A DNA stretch of 64,000 bases from Rikenellaceae bacterium (GCA_045613745.1 JAZLBP010000010.1:87136-151135); one strand, 5' to 3'; shown: positions 47,449-57,041, counted from the stretch's first letter. Translations and numbers: made by a program. The notes: a model not told the origin generated them from the letters alone.

Positions 47449-49845
47449 ATGGCAAGAAATACGACAAAACGCGCAAGCAGCACCCCGCAAAAGAAAGAAT
47501 CAAACCGAGCAAAGCGTTCAAGATTAATTCGTTGGGCGTGGGGCATAGTGTATATTCCGGTGGCAATGCTCGCCATTGTTCTTACACTGACCGCTTTCGG
47601 AGTGTTCGGCAAACTGCCCACCTTCGAGGAGTTGGAGAACCCCAAAAGCGCACTCGCAACCGAAATATACTCCGAGGACGGAAAGTTGCTCGGCTCGTTT
47701 TTTATCGAAAACCGCTCGAATGTGGAGTACGATGAGCTGGCACCCGCACTGGTGGCTGCACTCGTAGCAACCGAGGATGCGCGTTACTACTCGCACTCGG
47801 GTATCGACTTCATTTCGCTGGCGCGTGTGGCGGTCAAAACTCTGGTGGGTGGCGACTCGTCACAAGGTGGCGGTAGTACCATCACCCAACAGCTGGCCAA
47901 AAACCTTTTCCCTCGCGGAATCAACTCGGCAAGCACCTCTCTGGGTCGTAAAATCAAACTCGTAAGCTCGAAATTCAAGGAGTGGATTGTGGCCGTAAAG
48001 CTCGAACACAACTACACCAAAGAGGAGATTGTGGCAATGTACTTCAACACTATGGACTACGGCAGCAACGCTGTGGGTATCAAGTCGGCAGCACAAACCT
48101 TCTTCGGCAAACTCCCCTCGGAACTGTCGATTCAGGAGTCGGCAATGCTGGTGGGCGTGCTCAACGCAACAACCCGTTACAGCCCCGTGCGCAACTACGA
48201 CAATGCCATCAAACGACGCAACCTTGTGCTCAACCGTATGAAGGTGAACGGCTCGCTGACCAAGGCACAATGCGACTCTATCTCGGCAATGCCCATCGAA
48301 CTGAACTATCGCCCCATCTCGCAAAACGAGGGTATGGCTCAATACCTGCGTGGTATGATTCGTCAGGTGATGACCGCGCGTGAGCCTCAACGTCGCAACT
48401 ACTGGAGCGAGTACGACTACAAATACGAGCTCGAACGTTGGAACAACAACCCCCTCTACGGCTGGTGTCACAAGAACAAAAAGCCCGACGGCACAAACTA
48501 TAACCTCGACATCGATGGTCTGAAAATCTACACCACCATCAACTCGGTGATGCAGGCCTATGCCGAGGAGGCTGTGGTACAGGAGCTCGCCAAAACACAA
48601 AAGGCGATGGACGCACAAGTGCGCTCGACCAAACAGCTCTTTGTGGACACCACTCCCGAACAACGCGACAAGATTATCCAAAGCGCAATGCGTACCAGCG
48701 ACCGTTGGCGCGAGATGAAAAACGATGGTTACACCACCGACCAAATCACCGCATCGTTCAAGGTTCCCTGCAAGATGCGTATCTTCACCTACAAGGGTAT
48801 CAAAGATACGGTGATGACCCCGCACGACTCGATTATGCACCACAAACGCATTATGCGTGGTTCGTTTATGGCCGTTGAGCCCCAAACAGGATACGTCAAG
48901 GCCTATGTCGGCGGTCCCAACTACCGATACTTCAAGTACGATATGGCAAAGCAGAGCAAGCGTCAGCCCGGCTCGACCATCAAGCCCTTTATCTATACCT
49001 TTGCCATCGACCACTTGGGATTCACCCCTTGCACAATGGTGCCCAACCTGCCCGTAACAATCGAGACCTATACGGGTGAGCCCTGGACTCCCAAAGAGGC
49101 GGGCAAGGTGGAGTACACAGGCGAACCCAAACCTCTGAAATGGGGCTTGGCCAACAGCCGCAACAACTACTCGGCGTGGATTATGAAACAAGCCAAACAG
49201 CCCGAGGCGGTGGCTGACTTCCTACACAATATGGGTATCCGTTCGTTCATCGATCCGGTGTATGCAATGTGTCTGGGTTCGAGCGAGGTGTCGCTCTTTG
49301 AGATGACAGGCGCCTTTGCAACCTTCGCCAACCACGGTGTAAACATCGAGCCTATCTTCGTAACCCGCATCGAGGACCGTCAAGGCAACCTCCTGGCAAG
49401 TTTCGTACCCACAAGCAACGACGCAGTGAGCGAGGAAACTGCCCACACAATGCTCGGTATGTTGCAGAATGTTATCAACGCAGGTACGGGTGGCCGTCTG
49501 CGCTGGCAGTATGGTTTCCGCGGCGAAATGGGTGGTAAGACAGGTACCTCGCAAGAGAACCGCGACGCGTGGTTTATCGGCGTAACACCCAAACTTGTAG
49601 CTGGTGTATGGGTCGGCGGCGAGGATCAGAGTGTCCACCTGCTGCGTGGCGGCGAGGGCTCTCAACGTGCACTGCCCATCTTCGGCGAATTTATGAAGCG
49701 TGTCTATGCCAACCCCCGACTGGGCGTGTACGAGACCGACTCGTTTGGTATTCCGCCTTCGCAACTCTATCTGAACTGCGAGGAGGAGGAGCTGCAACAA
49801 GCAACCACTCCCTCAATCAGCGAGGACGACGAATTCTTTGACTAA
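47449..49845 (+). CDS. mrcA: Penicillin-binding protein 1A (bifunctional glycosyltransferase/transpeptidase)
   Basis: EDARYYSHSGID and GGSTITQQLAKN (GT51 domain), plus SKRQPGSTIKP (SxxK). Confidence 0.93.
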   Translation: MARNTTKRASSTPQKKESNRAKRSRLIRWAWGIVYIPVAMLAIVLTLTAFGVFGKLPTFEELENPKSALATEIYSEDGKLLGSFFIENRSNVEYDELAPALVAALVATEDARYYSHSGIDFISLARVAVKTLVGGDSSQGGGSTITQQLAKNLFPRGINSASTSLGRKIKLVSSKFKEWIVAVKLEHNYTKEEIVAMYFNTMDYGSNAVGIKSAAQTFFGKLPSELSIQESAMLVGVLNATTRYSPVRNYDNAIKRRNLVLNRMKVNGSLTKAQCDSISAMPIELNYRPISQNEGMAQYLRGMIRQVMTAREPQRRNYWSEYDYKYELERWNNNPLYGWCHKNKKPDGTNYNLDIDGLKIYTTINSVMQAYAEEAVVQELAKTQKAMDAQVRSTKQLFVDTTPEQRDKIIQSAMRTSDRWREMKNDGYTTDQITASFKVPCKMRIFTYKGIKDTVMTPHDSIMHHKRIMRGSFMAVEPQTGYVKAYVGGPNYRYFKYDMAKQSKRQPGSTIKPFIYTFAIDHLGFTPCTMVPNLPVTIETYTGEPWTPKEAGKVEYTGEPKPLKWGLANSRNNYSAWIMKQAKQPEAVADFLHNMGIRSFIDPVYAMCLGSSEVSLFEMTGAFATFANHGVNIEPIFVTRIEDRQGNLLASFVPTSNDAVSEETAHTMLGMLQNVINAGTGGRLRWQYGFRGEMGGKTGTSQENRDAWFIGVTPKLVAGVWVGGEDQSVHLLRGGEGSQRALPIFGEFMKRVYANPRLGVYETDSFGIPPSQLYLNCEEEELQQATTPSISEDDEFFD

Positions 49846-49882
49846 CGAAATAATTATAAACTAACACCATAAAAATAGAGAA

Positions 49883-50881
49883 ATGAATGTAGCTATTGTT
49901 GGCGCAAGTGGCGCAGTGGGACAAGAGTTCCTGCGTCTGCTGGCCGAGAGAGAGTTTCCCATCGACACCCTGACACTGTTTGGCTCGGAGCGTAGCGCAG
50001 GTCGCGTGTATGAGTTCAAGGGACAACAACTGACCGTGAAACTGTTGCAACACAACGACGACTTCAAAGGTATCGACGTAGCCTTTGTAAGCGCCGGCGG
50101 CGGCACCTCGAAGGAGTTCGAGAAGACCATCACCAAACACGGTGCACTGATGATTGACAATTCGAGCGCATTCCGTATGGACGAGGATGTGCCCCTGGTA
50201 GTACCCGAAGTGAACGGCGAGGATGCTCACAACACCCCCCGCAACGTGATTGCCAACCCCAACTGTACAACCATCCAAATGGTAGTAGCGCTGAAAGCCA
50301 TCGAGGATTTGAGCCACATCAAACGTGTACACGTTTCGACCTACCAATCGGCAAGTGGCGCAGGTGCAGCCGCAATGGACGAGCTGGTTGAGCAACACGC
50401 ACAAATGGCACGCGGCGAGGAGCCTACCGTAAACAAATTCGCATACCGTTTGGCCTACAACGTGATTCCCCACATTGATGTATTCACCGACAACGGCTAC
50501 ACCAAAGAGGAGATGAAGATGTTCCACGAGACTCGCAAGATTATGCACTCGGATGTGTCGGTGAGCGCAACTTGTGTTCGTGTACCCGTACTCCGCAACC
50601 ACTCGGAGAGCATCTGGGTTGAGACCGAGCGCCCCATTTCGGTGGAGGAGGCACAAGCAGCTTTCGCCGCAGCACAAGGCGTAACCCTGTGGGACAAACC
50701 CGAGGAGAAGTTCTACCCTATGCCTCTGAACTTGGAGTCGTGCGACGACGTGTATGTAGGTCGCGTGCGTAAAGACCTCGCAAACGAGAATGGCCTGACC
50801 TTCTGGACTGTGAGCGACCAAATCCGTAAGGGTGCCGCTCTGAATGCCGTTCAAATCGCCGAGTACCTCTTCAAAAAATAG
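49883..50881 (+). CDS. asd: Aspartate-semialdehyde dehydrogenase
   Basis: [14 protein letters not shown] and [10 protein letters not shown] (active-site Cys). 332 aa. Confidence 0.93.
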   Translation: MNVAIVGASGAVGQEFLRLLAEREFPIDTLTLFGSERSAGRVYEFKGQQLTVKLLQHNDDFKGIDVAFVSAGGGTSKEFEKTITKHGALMIDNSSAFRMDEDVPLVVPEVNGEDAHNTPRNVIANPNCTTIQMVVALKAIEDLSHIKRVHVSTYQSASGAGAAAMDELVEQHAQMARGEEPTVNKFAYRLAYNVIPHIDVFTDNGYTKEEMKMFHETRKIMHSDVSVSATCVRVPVLRNHSESIWVETERPISVEEAQAAFAAAQGVTLWDKPEEKFYPMPLNLESCDDVYVGRVRKDLANENGLTFWTVSDQIRKGAALNAVQIAEYLFKK

Positions 50882-50932
50882 AGCGCACAAGTATTAAAGT
50901 TTGGGTTAGTAGTTTTAGAGCAATCCCCAAAC

Positions 50933-50976
50933 AAATAAGAGCTGCCCGACCGAAAATGGTTGGGCAGCTCTTATTT
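50933..50976. terminator. Bidirectional terminator after asd
   Basis: AAATAAGAGCTGCCC-loop-GGGCAGCTCTTATTT. Confidence 0.7.
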
Positions 50977-51013
50977 GTTATCGTGTCGCGGAGAGTTTGG
51001 GTGCGAAAGCAAG

Positions 51014-51114
51014 GCTCTCGCCGCTCGGGTTGTCCGAACCGTACCCTACCCTCCCCACACAAAAAAAATAGTCGCAAACCAAATGATTTGCGACCCTTAG
51101 TAGCGGGAGTGGGA
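51014..51114 (-). repeat. Unit 1 of a tandem duplicated [tRNA 3'-end 15-mer + terminator + conserved box]
   Basis: GTAGCGGGAGTGGGA at 51100-51114 equals 51266-51280. Hairpin at 51071-51094. The box at 51014-51060 is similar to 51179-51228. Confidence 0.6.
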
Positions 51115-51178
51115 TTGACTGCGCTTCGCTTGTCTTCAATCCGTCGCAACTCGGCATAGCTCGTGCAAGCACAGCTCT

Positions 51179-51266
51179 GCTCTCGCTGCTAGGATTGTCC
51201 GAACCTGTGGTTCTCGTCCCCACGAAACAAAAAAAAGGACTAATCTTGCGATTAGTCCTAACTGTG

Positions 51267-51280
<14 letters not shown>
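51179..51280 (-). repeat. Unit 2 of the tandem duplicated [tRNA 3'-end + terminator + conserved box]
   Basis: Includes the true 3' end of tRNA-Met, the terminator hairpin at 51236-51259, a T8 run and the box. Confidence 0.6.
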
Positions 51281-51340
<60 letters not shown>

Positions 51341-51423
51341 ATGTTTGATGGTGCAAAGGTAAGCATTATTTTTGAATCTCCAAAAATTTGGACAAAAAAA
51401 TATTTTTTCTTACCTTTGAGGTT

Positions 51424-52098
51424 ATGACTAAACATTGGACTATCATCGTTGCAGGCGGCACAGGAATGAGAATGGGAGCCGAAATCCCCAAGCAATTTCT
51501 CACTCTTGCAGGCAAGCCTATTCTTGTTCACACTCTGGAAGCATTCCACAATGCCGACCCCAATATGGGGCTGGTTGTGGTGCTCCCCCAAGCACACATT
51601 GATATGTGGAACGACATCTGCAAAACCTATGCCACCCCCGCCCACACGATTGCAGTGGGAGGTGCCTCGCGCTTCGACTCCGTAGCGTCGGGTTTGGCCG
51701 CCGTGCCCACCGAGGCCGAGGTCATTGGTGTGCAGGATGGCGTGCGCCCCTTTGCATCGAAGGAGCTTATTGAACGCTGTTTCGCGCAGGCGGCGCAGAG
51801 TGGCTCGGCAATCCCCGTAGTTGCGGCTGTGGACTCGTTCCGCGCGGTGCGCGAGGACGACACTTCGGAGATTGTGGACCGCAGTGTTTTGCGCGCAGTG
51901 CAAACCCCTCAGGTATTCCGTGCCGAGTTGCTGCGAAGGGCCTATGCCGAGTGTAGCGGTGGCGCAGGATTCACCGACGACGCATCGGTTGTCGAGGGTG
52001 TGGGCGCGAGCGTAACCCTTGTCGAGGGCGAGCGCTTCAACATCAAAATCACCACCCCCGAGGACCTTCTTATCGGCGAGGCAATCAAAGAAATGTAG
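51424..52098 (+). CDS. ispD: 2-C-methyl-D-erythritol 4-phosphate cytidylyltransferase
   Basis: IIVAGGTGMRMG...PKQF and VQTPQVF motifs. Start set at the ATG at 51424. Confidence 0.9.
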   Translation: MTKHWTIIVAGGTGMRMGAEIPKQFLTLAGKPILVHTLEAFHNADPNMGLVVVLPQAHIDMWNDICKTYATPAHTIAVGGASRFDSVASGLAAVPTEAEVIGVQDGVRPFASKELIERCFAQAAQSGSAIPVVAAVDSFRAVREDDTSEIVDRSVLRAVQTPQVFRAELLRRAYAECSGGAGFTDDASVVEGVGASVTLVEGERFNIKITTPEDLLIGEAIKEM

Positions 52099-52129
52099 CC
52101 CGAAGCAAGTTTTTTAGGCCAAAGATATT

Positions 52130-52137
52130 TATCTTTG
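52130..52137 (+). promoter_or_regulatory. -7 box TATCTTTG upstream of the orphan lipoprotein
   Basis: TAnnTTTG match 33 nt upstream of the ATG at 52171. Confidence 0.45.
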
Positions 52138-52170
52138 CGCTCCCAAACAAGCAAAAAAAAGAACACAGAT

Positions 52171-53841
52171 ATGAAAAACAACAAATTCAGCAAAGCGATT
52201 TTGAGCCTTCTGCTCGGCGCAATGGTAGCACTCGCAGGCTGCGGCAACGGAGAGTCTATAATTACCAACGTGGGAAGCGACAACGGAGATTTTGGCGACA
52301 ACGACCTCTATCAAATGAGTGTAAGACCCGTGGGACTTGATATGAAAGGAGTCAAGGGTTTTGCCGTGTTGGGCAACCACGACGTCACGAGAGCAGATAT
52401 GGAGTCGGGCAACGGAGAGATTGATGAGGAGGTGAATGACGAGGTCATCCAAGAGCCCATCAATATTCCTGCGCCCTACTCGCTGTATAGTATCAACGAG
52501 AATAACGAAATCAGCCTCTCGGTGTTCTATTTCGAGGCAACCACCACCAACCAAGGTCTGCAAGAGATTATCGAAAACGAGTTAAAAGGCGTCATTCAAG
52601 TTGTGCCCTCGCTGCTGACCGACCTCGGCAAATACATTCTGTTCTCGGGTTGCCAATTCCATGTTTGCAAGGCAGGCCTTTCGGATGAGTTGCAACAGAT
52701 TTGCGATGCGATTATCGAGAATCAACGATTAAAGTATAACGGTTACAACCAAGAGTACCTGCTTCGCAAGTCCGACGGCGCGCTGTTCGATATCACCGAG
52801 CAAGAACTCTTCACATTCTATACCAATACTGCCTATGGTGGAGTTTCGTTTGAAGTTACAAGCAGCAAATGGAGCTCCTCGCTCGAAGCGATTGTTCCTA
52901 ACTCATACTTTATCCACAAAGACAATATCTATGTGATGACTCCTCTCTGCGTCCTTCAAAAACTCGAGGATAATGGTGATGCCATAGATGTATCGAGAGT
53001 TACCCAAGGGGGACTTTGTCGAACCGCACTCCTCGACAAAGATGATAACATCTTTGCTCTGATGGAAGATGGATTGCATATCTATCGTGCCGAAGGTGGA
53101 TTCAATATCCTCTACTTTGGTAATGGCGAGGAGCTTGTCAGTCTGGGAAAAGATAACCAAGGCAATGCATATCTCTTCACCAAAGAGTATAACAATGGCT
53201 TTATGGTAACCTCGTTGGCTAATGGTAATCCTCAAAAGATTTTCACCTCGGGCAAAGAGTTTTGGGATGAATACCACCCTCAATACGGACATCTCGAACT
53301 CTGTCATCAATACCTCACCTATGGCCCCAAAGACAGCGCTTATGGCGACAGTGGCTTCTCTTACTCGTTAGGTTACAACAATGGCACTTTTAGGTGGTTC
53401 TTTGGATATGAAGATTTCTTGACCTCGGATTATAGTGTCTACGTACCATACATAGTGCAGTATGTACCCGCCAAAAACGAAGTCGAGTTCGTAGAGATAC
53501 CCGCCAATGTCAAGGCCGCGCTTGAAGATCAATATGACTATATGGCATTAGGTGCAATTTGTTACGGCATCAAGGTTGATGGCATCAATATCGAAGTTAC
53601 CAAGATTGATATCTCTAACGAGGCTGTCACCACTAACTCCTTCGTGGTAGAGCCCATCTCGTCAATCGTAGGTCGCAAATACCAAATAGCGCAGTTTGCC
53701 ACCCCCACCCTCTATGTGTCGGGACGCAACAACATCAATGGTGCCCCTGCGATGGTTTCGATTAACCTGCTCACGGGCGACAACAGCGCATCGTTCGCAG
53801 GCGACGCTCGCAGCGTAGTAACCCTGCTGCGCATCAACTAA
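52171..53841 (+). CDS. Orphan lipoprotein, unknown function (lower GC than flanking genes)
   Basis: MKNNKFSKAILSLLLGAMVALAGC lipobox. 556 aa and beta-rich, with no family recognised. By-eye GC is about 38-47% over most of the gene, against about 55-60% in neighbours. Confidence 0.7.
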   Translation: MKNNKFSKAILSLLLGAMVALAGCGNGESIITNVGSDNGDFGDNDLYQMSVRPVGLDMKGVKGFAVLGNHDVTRADMESGNGEIDEEVNDEVIQEPINIPAPYSLYSINENNEISLSVFYFEATTTNQGLQEIIENELKGVIQVVPSLLTDLGKYILFSGCQFHVCKAGLSDELQQICDAIIENQRLKYNGYNQEYLLRKSDGALFDITEQELFTFYTNTAYGGVSFEVTSSKWSSSLEAIVPNSYFIHKDNIYVMTPLCVLQKLEDNGDAIDVSRVTQGGLCRTALLDKDDNIFALMEDGLHIYRAEGGFNILYFGNGEELVSLGKDNQGNAYLFTKEYNNGFMVTSLANGNPQKIFTSGKEFWDEYHPQYGHLELCHQYLTYGPKDSAYGDSGFSYSLGYNNGTFRWFFGYEDFLTSDYSVYVPYIVQYVPAKNEVEFVEIPANVKAALEDQYDYMALGAICYGIKVDGINIEVTKIDISNEAVTTNSFVVEPISSIVGRKYQIAQFATPTLYVSGRNNINGAPAMVSINLLTGDNSASFAGDARSVVTLLRIN

Positions 53842-53975
53842 CTGCGCGCGACATAACTCCGCCCACACGCGGAGTTCCCACCCTACGAGGCTATCGGCAA
53901 GCAGCACCGACGGCCTCGTTTTTGTCTGCGCCCAAGATGTCGTAGTGCGATGTTGCTTTTTGAAAGAAAAAATCG

Positions 53976-53983
53976 TAACTTTG
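53976..53983 (+). promoter_or_regulatory. -7 box TAACTTTG upstream of the LytS-type kinase
   Basis: TAnnTTTG match 33 nt upstream of the ATG at 54017. Confidence 0.45.
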
Positions 53984-54016
53984 CCATAATTGGGAAGAAG
54001 TGAAATCCTACCGAGT

Positions 54017-55381
54017 ATGAAAAAGAATCACGTTTTATTGAGCCTGATTGTCGCAACGGCGGTCAGCCTGATTGTAAATTTCGCCTATCTGCTCTCTATC
54101 TGGGTTGTTAACGACAACAACACAGCCAGCGACGAGAAACCGCGTCCCGAAATCACCTTTGAGGGCGTGGCACACATCAATGCCGACGGCTATGGCTACA
54201 TCCTGACCACAGTCGTAGATGAGAGTGCATTGGAGGAGGCCGAGAGCGCCGAAGACACACTCCGCCCGAGCCTCGTTCAACATAGTTTCGACTCGGTGTA
54301 CATTTCGAGCAACCGCGCCCACCGTTTGGGAGTGCGCGATGGTATGACCATTACGGGTACTGCCGAGCCCGCACGACGCCCCGATGCGCGACCTGTGCTG
54401 ATGCGAATCGACACCATCAACGGCGAGGAGTTCGATTACTCGGCTCTGTTCAAACGCCCCGATGACAATCTGCTGGCAGCCATTCAGGTGGGATTCTATC
54501 TGCTGGTAGCATTCTTGATGTGTCTGATTTTCACACACAACACACAGGGCAATCAACGCAAACACATTGACTTCTTCACTCGTCTGGGATTGTGTGTCGT
54601 GGTGGCTGCTGTGGCCTTCCTGCTGGCACCCGTTGTGGAGCGCTACTCGGGCGAGATTCGCCTCAACATAATGAGCTATAATACGTTCAATCCGATGGTG
54701 ATGTTGCAGTGTACATTTGCGCTTGTGGTGTGTGCGCTGTATGGCCTGACTTGGAGGATGATGGTTCATCAGAGCGCCATCAGCGTCGAGATGGAACGAT
54801 TGAAAGGCGAGGCTTTGGCGGCACGTTACGATGTGCTGGTGGGACAAATCAACCCCCACTTCCTGTTTAACTCGCTCAACTCGCTGTCGATGTTGGTGCG
54901 CGAGGGCAACACCGAGGGTGCACTCAAATACATCGACCAACTCTCCTACACCTTCCGCTATACCATCCGTCCCGACGGCCGAAATATGGTATCGCTGGAA
55001 GAGGAGCTCAAATTCCTGAACGCCTATCGCCACCTTTTGGAAGTGCGCTATGCCGACAAACTCTTCTTTGACATCCGCATCGACGAGGCTATGCGCGAGT
55101 GGTTAATGCCCGCGCTGTCGTTGCAGCCGCTGGTGGAGAATGCTGTCAAACACAACAGCATTACCTCGGCCTGCCCGCTCACAATATCAATCTACACCGA
55201 GGGTGACAACCTTGTCATCAGCAATCCCATCGTGCCCAAGCTCACAAGCGAGGAGAGCACCGGCATCGGTCTGCACAACCTGACCGACCGCTGGTCGATG
55301 TTGGTGGGTCGCCGCGTCGAGGTATCGAAGGATGGCGGCGTGTTCCGCGTTGTGTTACCCCTAATTCACGAAGCACGATGA
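54017..55381 (+). CDS. LytS/YehU-type sensor histidine kinase with a Rho-N-terminal-like OB domain in the first extracytoplasmic loop
   Basis: GQINPHFLFNSLNS (His_kinase PF06580-type H-box) and LQPLVENAVKH. There are 4 predicted TM segments. Residues about 45-138 (counted from the ATG at 54017) resemble the Rho RNA-binding domain. Confidence 0.85.
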   Translation: MKKNHVLLSLIVATAVSLIVNFAYLLSIWVVNDNNTASDEKPRPEITFEGVAHINADGYGYILTTVVDESALEEAESAEDTLRPSLVQHSFDSVYISSNRAHRLGVRDGMTITGTAEPARRPDARPVLMRIDTINGEEFDYSALFKRPDDNLLAAIQVGFYLLVAFLMCLIFTHNTQGNQRKHIDFFTRLGLCVVVAAVAFLLAPVVERYSGEIRLNIMSYNTFNPMVMLQCTFALVVCALYGLTWRMMVHQSAISVEMERLKGEALAARYDVLVGQINPHFLFNSLNSLSMLVREGNTEGALKYIDQLSYTFRYTIRPDGRNMVSLEEELKFLNAYRHLLEVRYADKLFFDIRIDEAMREWLMPALSLQPLVENAVKHNSITSACPLTISIYTEGDNLVISNPIVPKLTSEESTGIGLHNLTDRWSMLVGRRVEVSKDGGVFRVVLPLIHEAR

Positions 55382-56127
55382 GAGCAGTAATCATTGAGGA
55401 CGAAACCGCAGCAGCTCGCAACCTACAAGCGCTGTTGCAAAGTGTGGTGCCCGACATCGAAATCTGCGCCACCCTCGAAAGCATTGCCGAGAGCGTGCAG
55501 TGGCTGAATGCCAACCCCCAACCCGATGTGCTGTTTATGGATATTCACCTGGCCGATGGCGATTCGTTCAGGATCTTCGACTTGGTTAGCATTGAGTGTC
55601 CCATAATCTTTACCACCGCCTACGACCAATATGCACTCAAAGCGTTCAGCGTAAACAGCATCGACTATCTGCTCAAACCGATTGCCCAGAGCGACCTGGA
55701 GCGTGCAGTGACCAAACTCCGCAGGCTTACCCCCTCGGAGCGCACGGAGATGCGTCGCAAAATCGACCGCGTGGTGGAGGAGGAACGTCCGCGCTCGTTC
55801 TTGGTACAGGTCAAGGATCGTATCATTCCGTTGAAGATAGAGGAGGTGGCCTACTTCTACACCTGCGCCGAAAAGGTGTGGGCTTACACCGACGAGGGCC
55901 GTACCTATATAATAAATCGCACACTCGACAAACTCTCGGCACAACTTCCACCCGAGGAGTTCTTCCGTGCCAACCGTCAGTTTATAGTTGCGCGCCGAGC
56001 AGTGCGAGATATTTCGGTGTGGTTTGGCAGCCGCGTAGCAGTCAATGTTATGCCCGAAGCACCCGAAAGAATCGTGGTCAGTAAGGAGCGCAGCGGCGAA
56101 TTCAAGCGCTGGCTCGCACAAGGATAG
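55378..56127 (+). CDS. LytTR-family response regulator
   Basis: The REC domain has IIEDE and FMDIHLADG. A C-terminal LytTR DNA-binding domain is present. 4-nt overlap with the kinase gene. Confidence 0.88.
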   Translation: MRAVIIEDETAAARNLQALLQSVVPDIEICATLESIAESVQWLNANPQPDVLFMDIHLADGDSFRIFDLVSIECPIIFTTAYDQYALKAFSVNSIDYLLKPIAQSDLERAVTKLRRLTPSERTEMRRKIDRVVEEERPRSFLVQVKDRIIPLKIEEVAYFYTCAEKVWAYTDEGRTYIINRTLDKLSAQLPPEEFFRANRQFIVARRAVRDISVWFGSRVAVNVMPEAPERIVVSKERSGEFKRWLAQG

Positions 56128-56417
56128 TTCCGTTCAAACCGCCATTTGGTCGGTTCACCGCCCAAAAATTCCGTTTCACCCGACACAGTGTATGTGTCGG
56201 GTTTTTTATTACTAATTTTGTTCTCAGAAAAAGCAACCAAACACAATTCCAAACAATGAAACGCTTATACCAAATAGTACGATGCACGGCCACGGGGCTG
56301 ACGACGACGCAAACGCGCCGCTAATCCCCGCACACTCCGTATCCCCGTCCAACCCTCGGGTCGGACACAACAACATCACACATTATTTAGTATAACACAC
56401 AAAAAACACAAGAAACT

Positions 56418-57041
56418 ATGAAAAAGATTGTAATGGCGGCAATGGCATTGGTAGTAATCCTCTCCGCATCGGTTGTAAACGCTAACGCACAAATGCGACA
56501 CCTGTCGCCCGAACAAATAGCCGAGATTCGCTCGGATCGTATGGCTCGTGAACTGCACCTCAGCGCAGCACAATACGCAAAACTGTATAAACTCAACCTC
56601 CGAGAGGCTCGTCGAATGGATCGCCACGGCGCATACTTCTTCGACTGCGAGGATTACAGATGCGACCTGCTCCGAATCATTGGCGATATTAATTACAGAT
56701 TGTACGAATCGATGGTGCACAACCACCGCAAAAACCACAGAGGACACCTGCACGCACAAGCGCCACACGTTGCGCCTCACGTTGCGCCTCACGCAGTGCA
56801 TCATCAAGCACACGTAGCGCCACACGTTGCACCGCACGCGAAACCCCACGTCGAGGCTCACAAAGCACACGTAAAGCCTCACGCGGAGCCCCACGCAAAA
56901 CCTCACGCAGCGCCCGCTCCTAACAAGGGTGGCGCAAGCAAACCCGAGGTAGGCAAGCCCGGTGCAGGTAAACCCGAGGCAGGCAAACCCGGTGGTGGCA
57001 ATGGCGGACCCCAAAATCGTCCCCAATTCAGAATGAAGTAA
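56418..57041 (+). CDS. Secreted His-rich repeat protein with a Spy/CpxP/ZraP-like (LTxxQ-type) N-terminal region
   Basis: Signal peptide MKKIVMAAMALVVILSASVVNANAQ. The helical region contains LSPEQIAEI and LSAAQYAKL. It is followed by (A/K)PH(V/A) tetrapeptide repeats and then a GKP-rich tail. Confidence 0.75.
   Translation: MKKIVMAAMALVVILSASVVNANAQMRHLSPEQIAEIRSDRMARELHLSAAQYAKLYKLNLREARRMDRHGAYFFDCEDYRCDLLRIIGDINYRLYESMVHNHRKNHRGHLHAQAPHVAPHVAPHAVHHQAHVAPHVAPHAKPHVEAHKAHVKPHAEPHAKPHAAPAPNKGGASKPEVGKPGAGKPEAGKPGGGNGGPQNRPQFRMK
56718..56909 (+). repeat. In-frame 12-nt periodic coding repeat (His-x-x-Pro type tetrapeptides)
   Basis: HNHRKNHRGHLHAQAPHVAPHVAPHAVHHQAHVAPHVAPHAKPHVEAHKAHVKPHAEPHAKPH. 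I count 19 His in 64 residues. Confidence 0.8.

Noticed and set aside
51099-51185. An 87-nt stretch ending in the duplicated tRNA 3' end, tested as a class II or pseudo-tRNA (acceptor AGCGAGA / TCCCGCT).
   Set aside because: No D-arm, anticodon arm or T-stem can be formed. Only the last 15 nt or so match the tRNA. It is treated as a partial duplication, not a tRNA gene.
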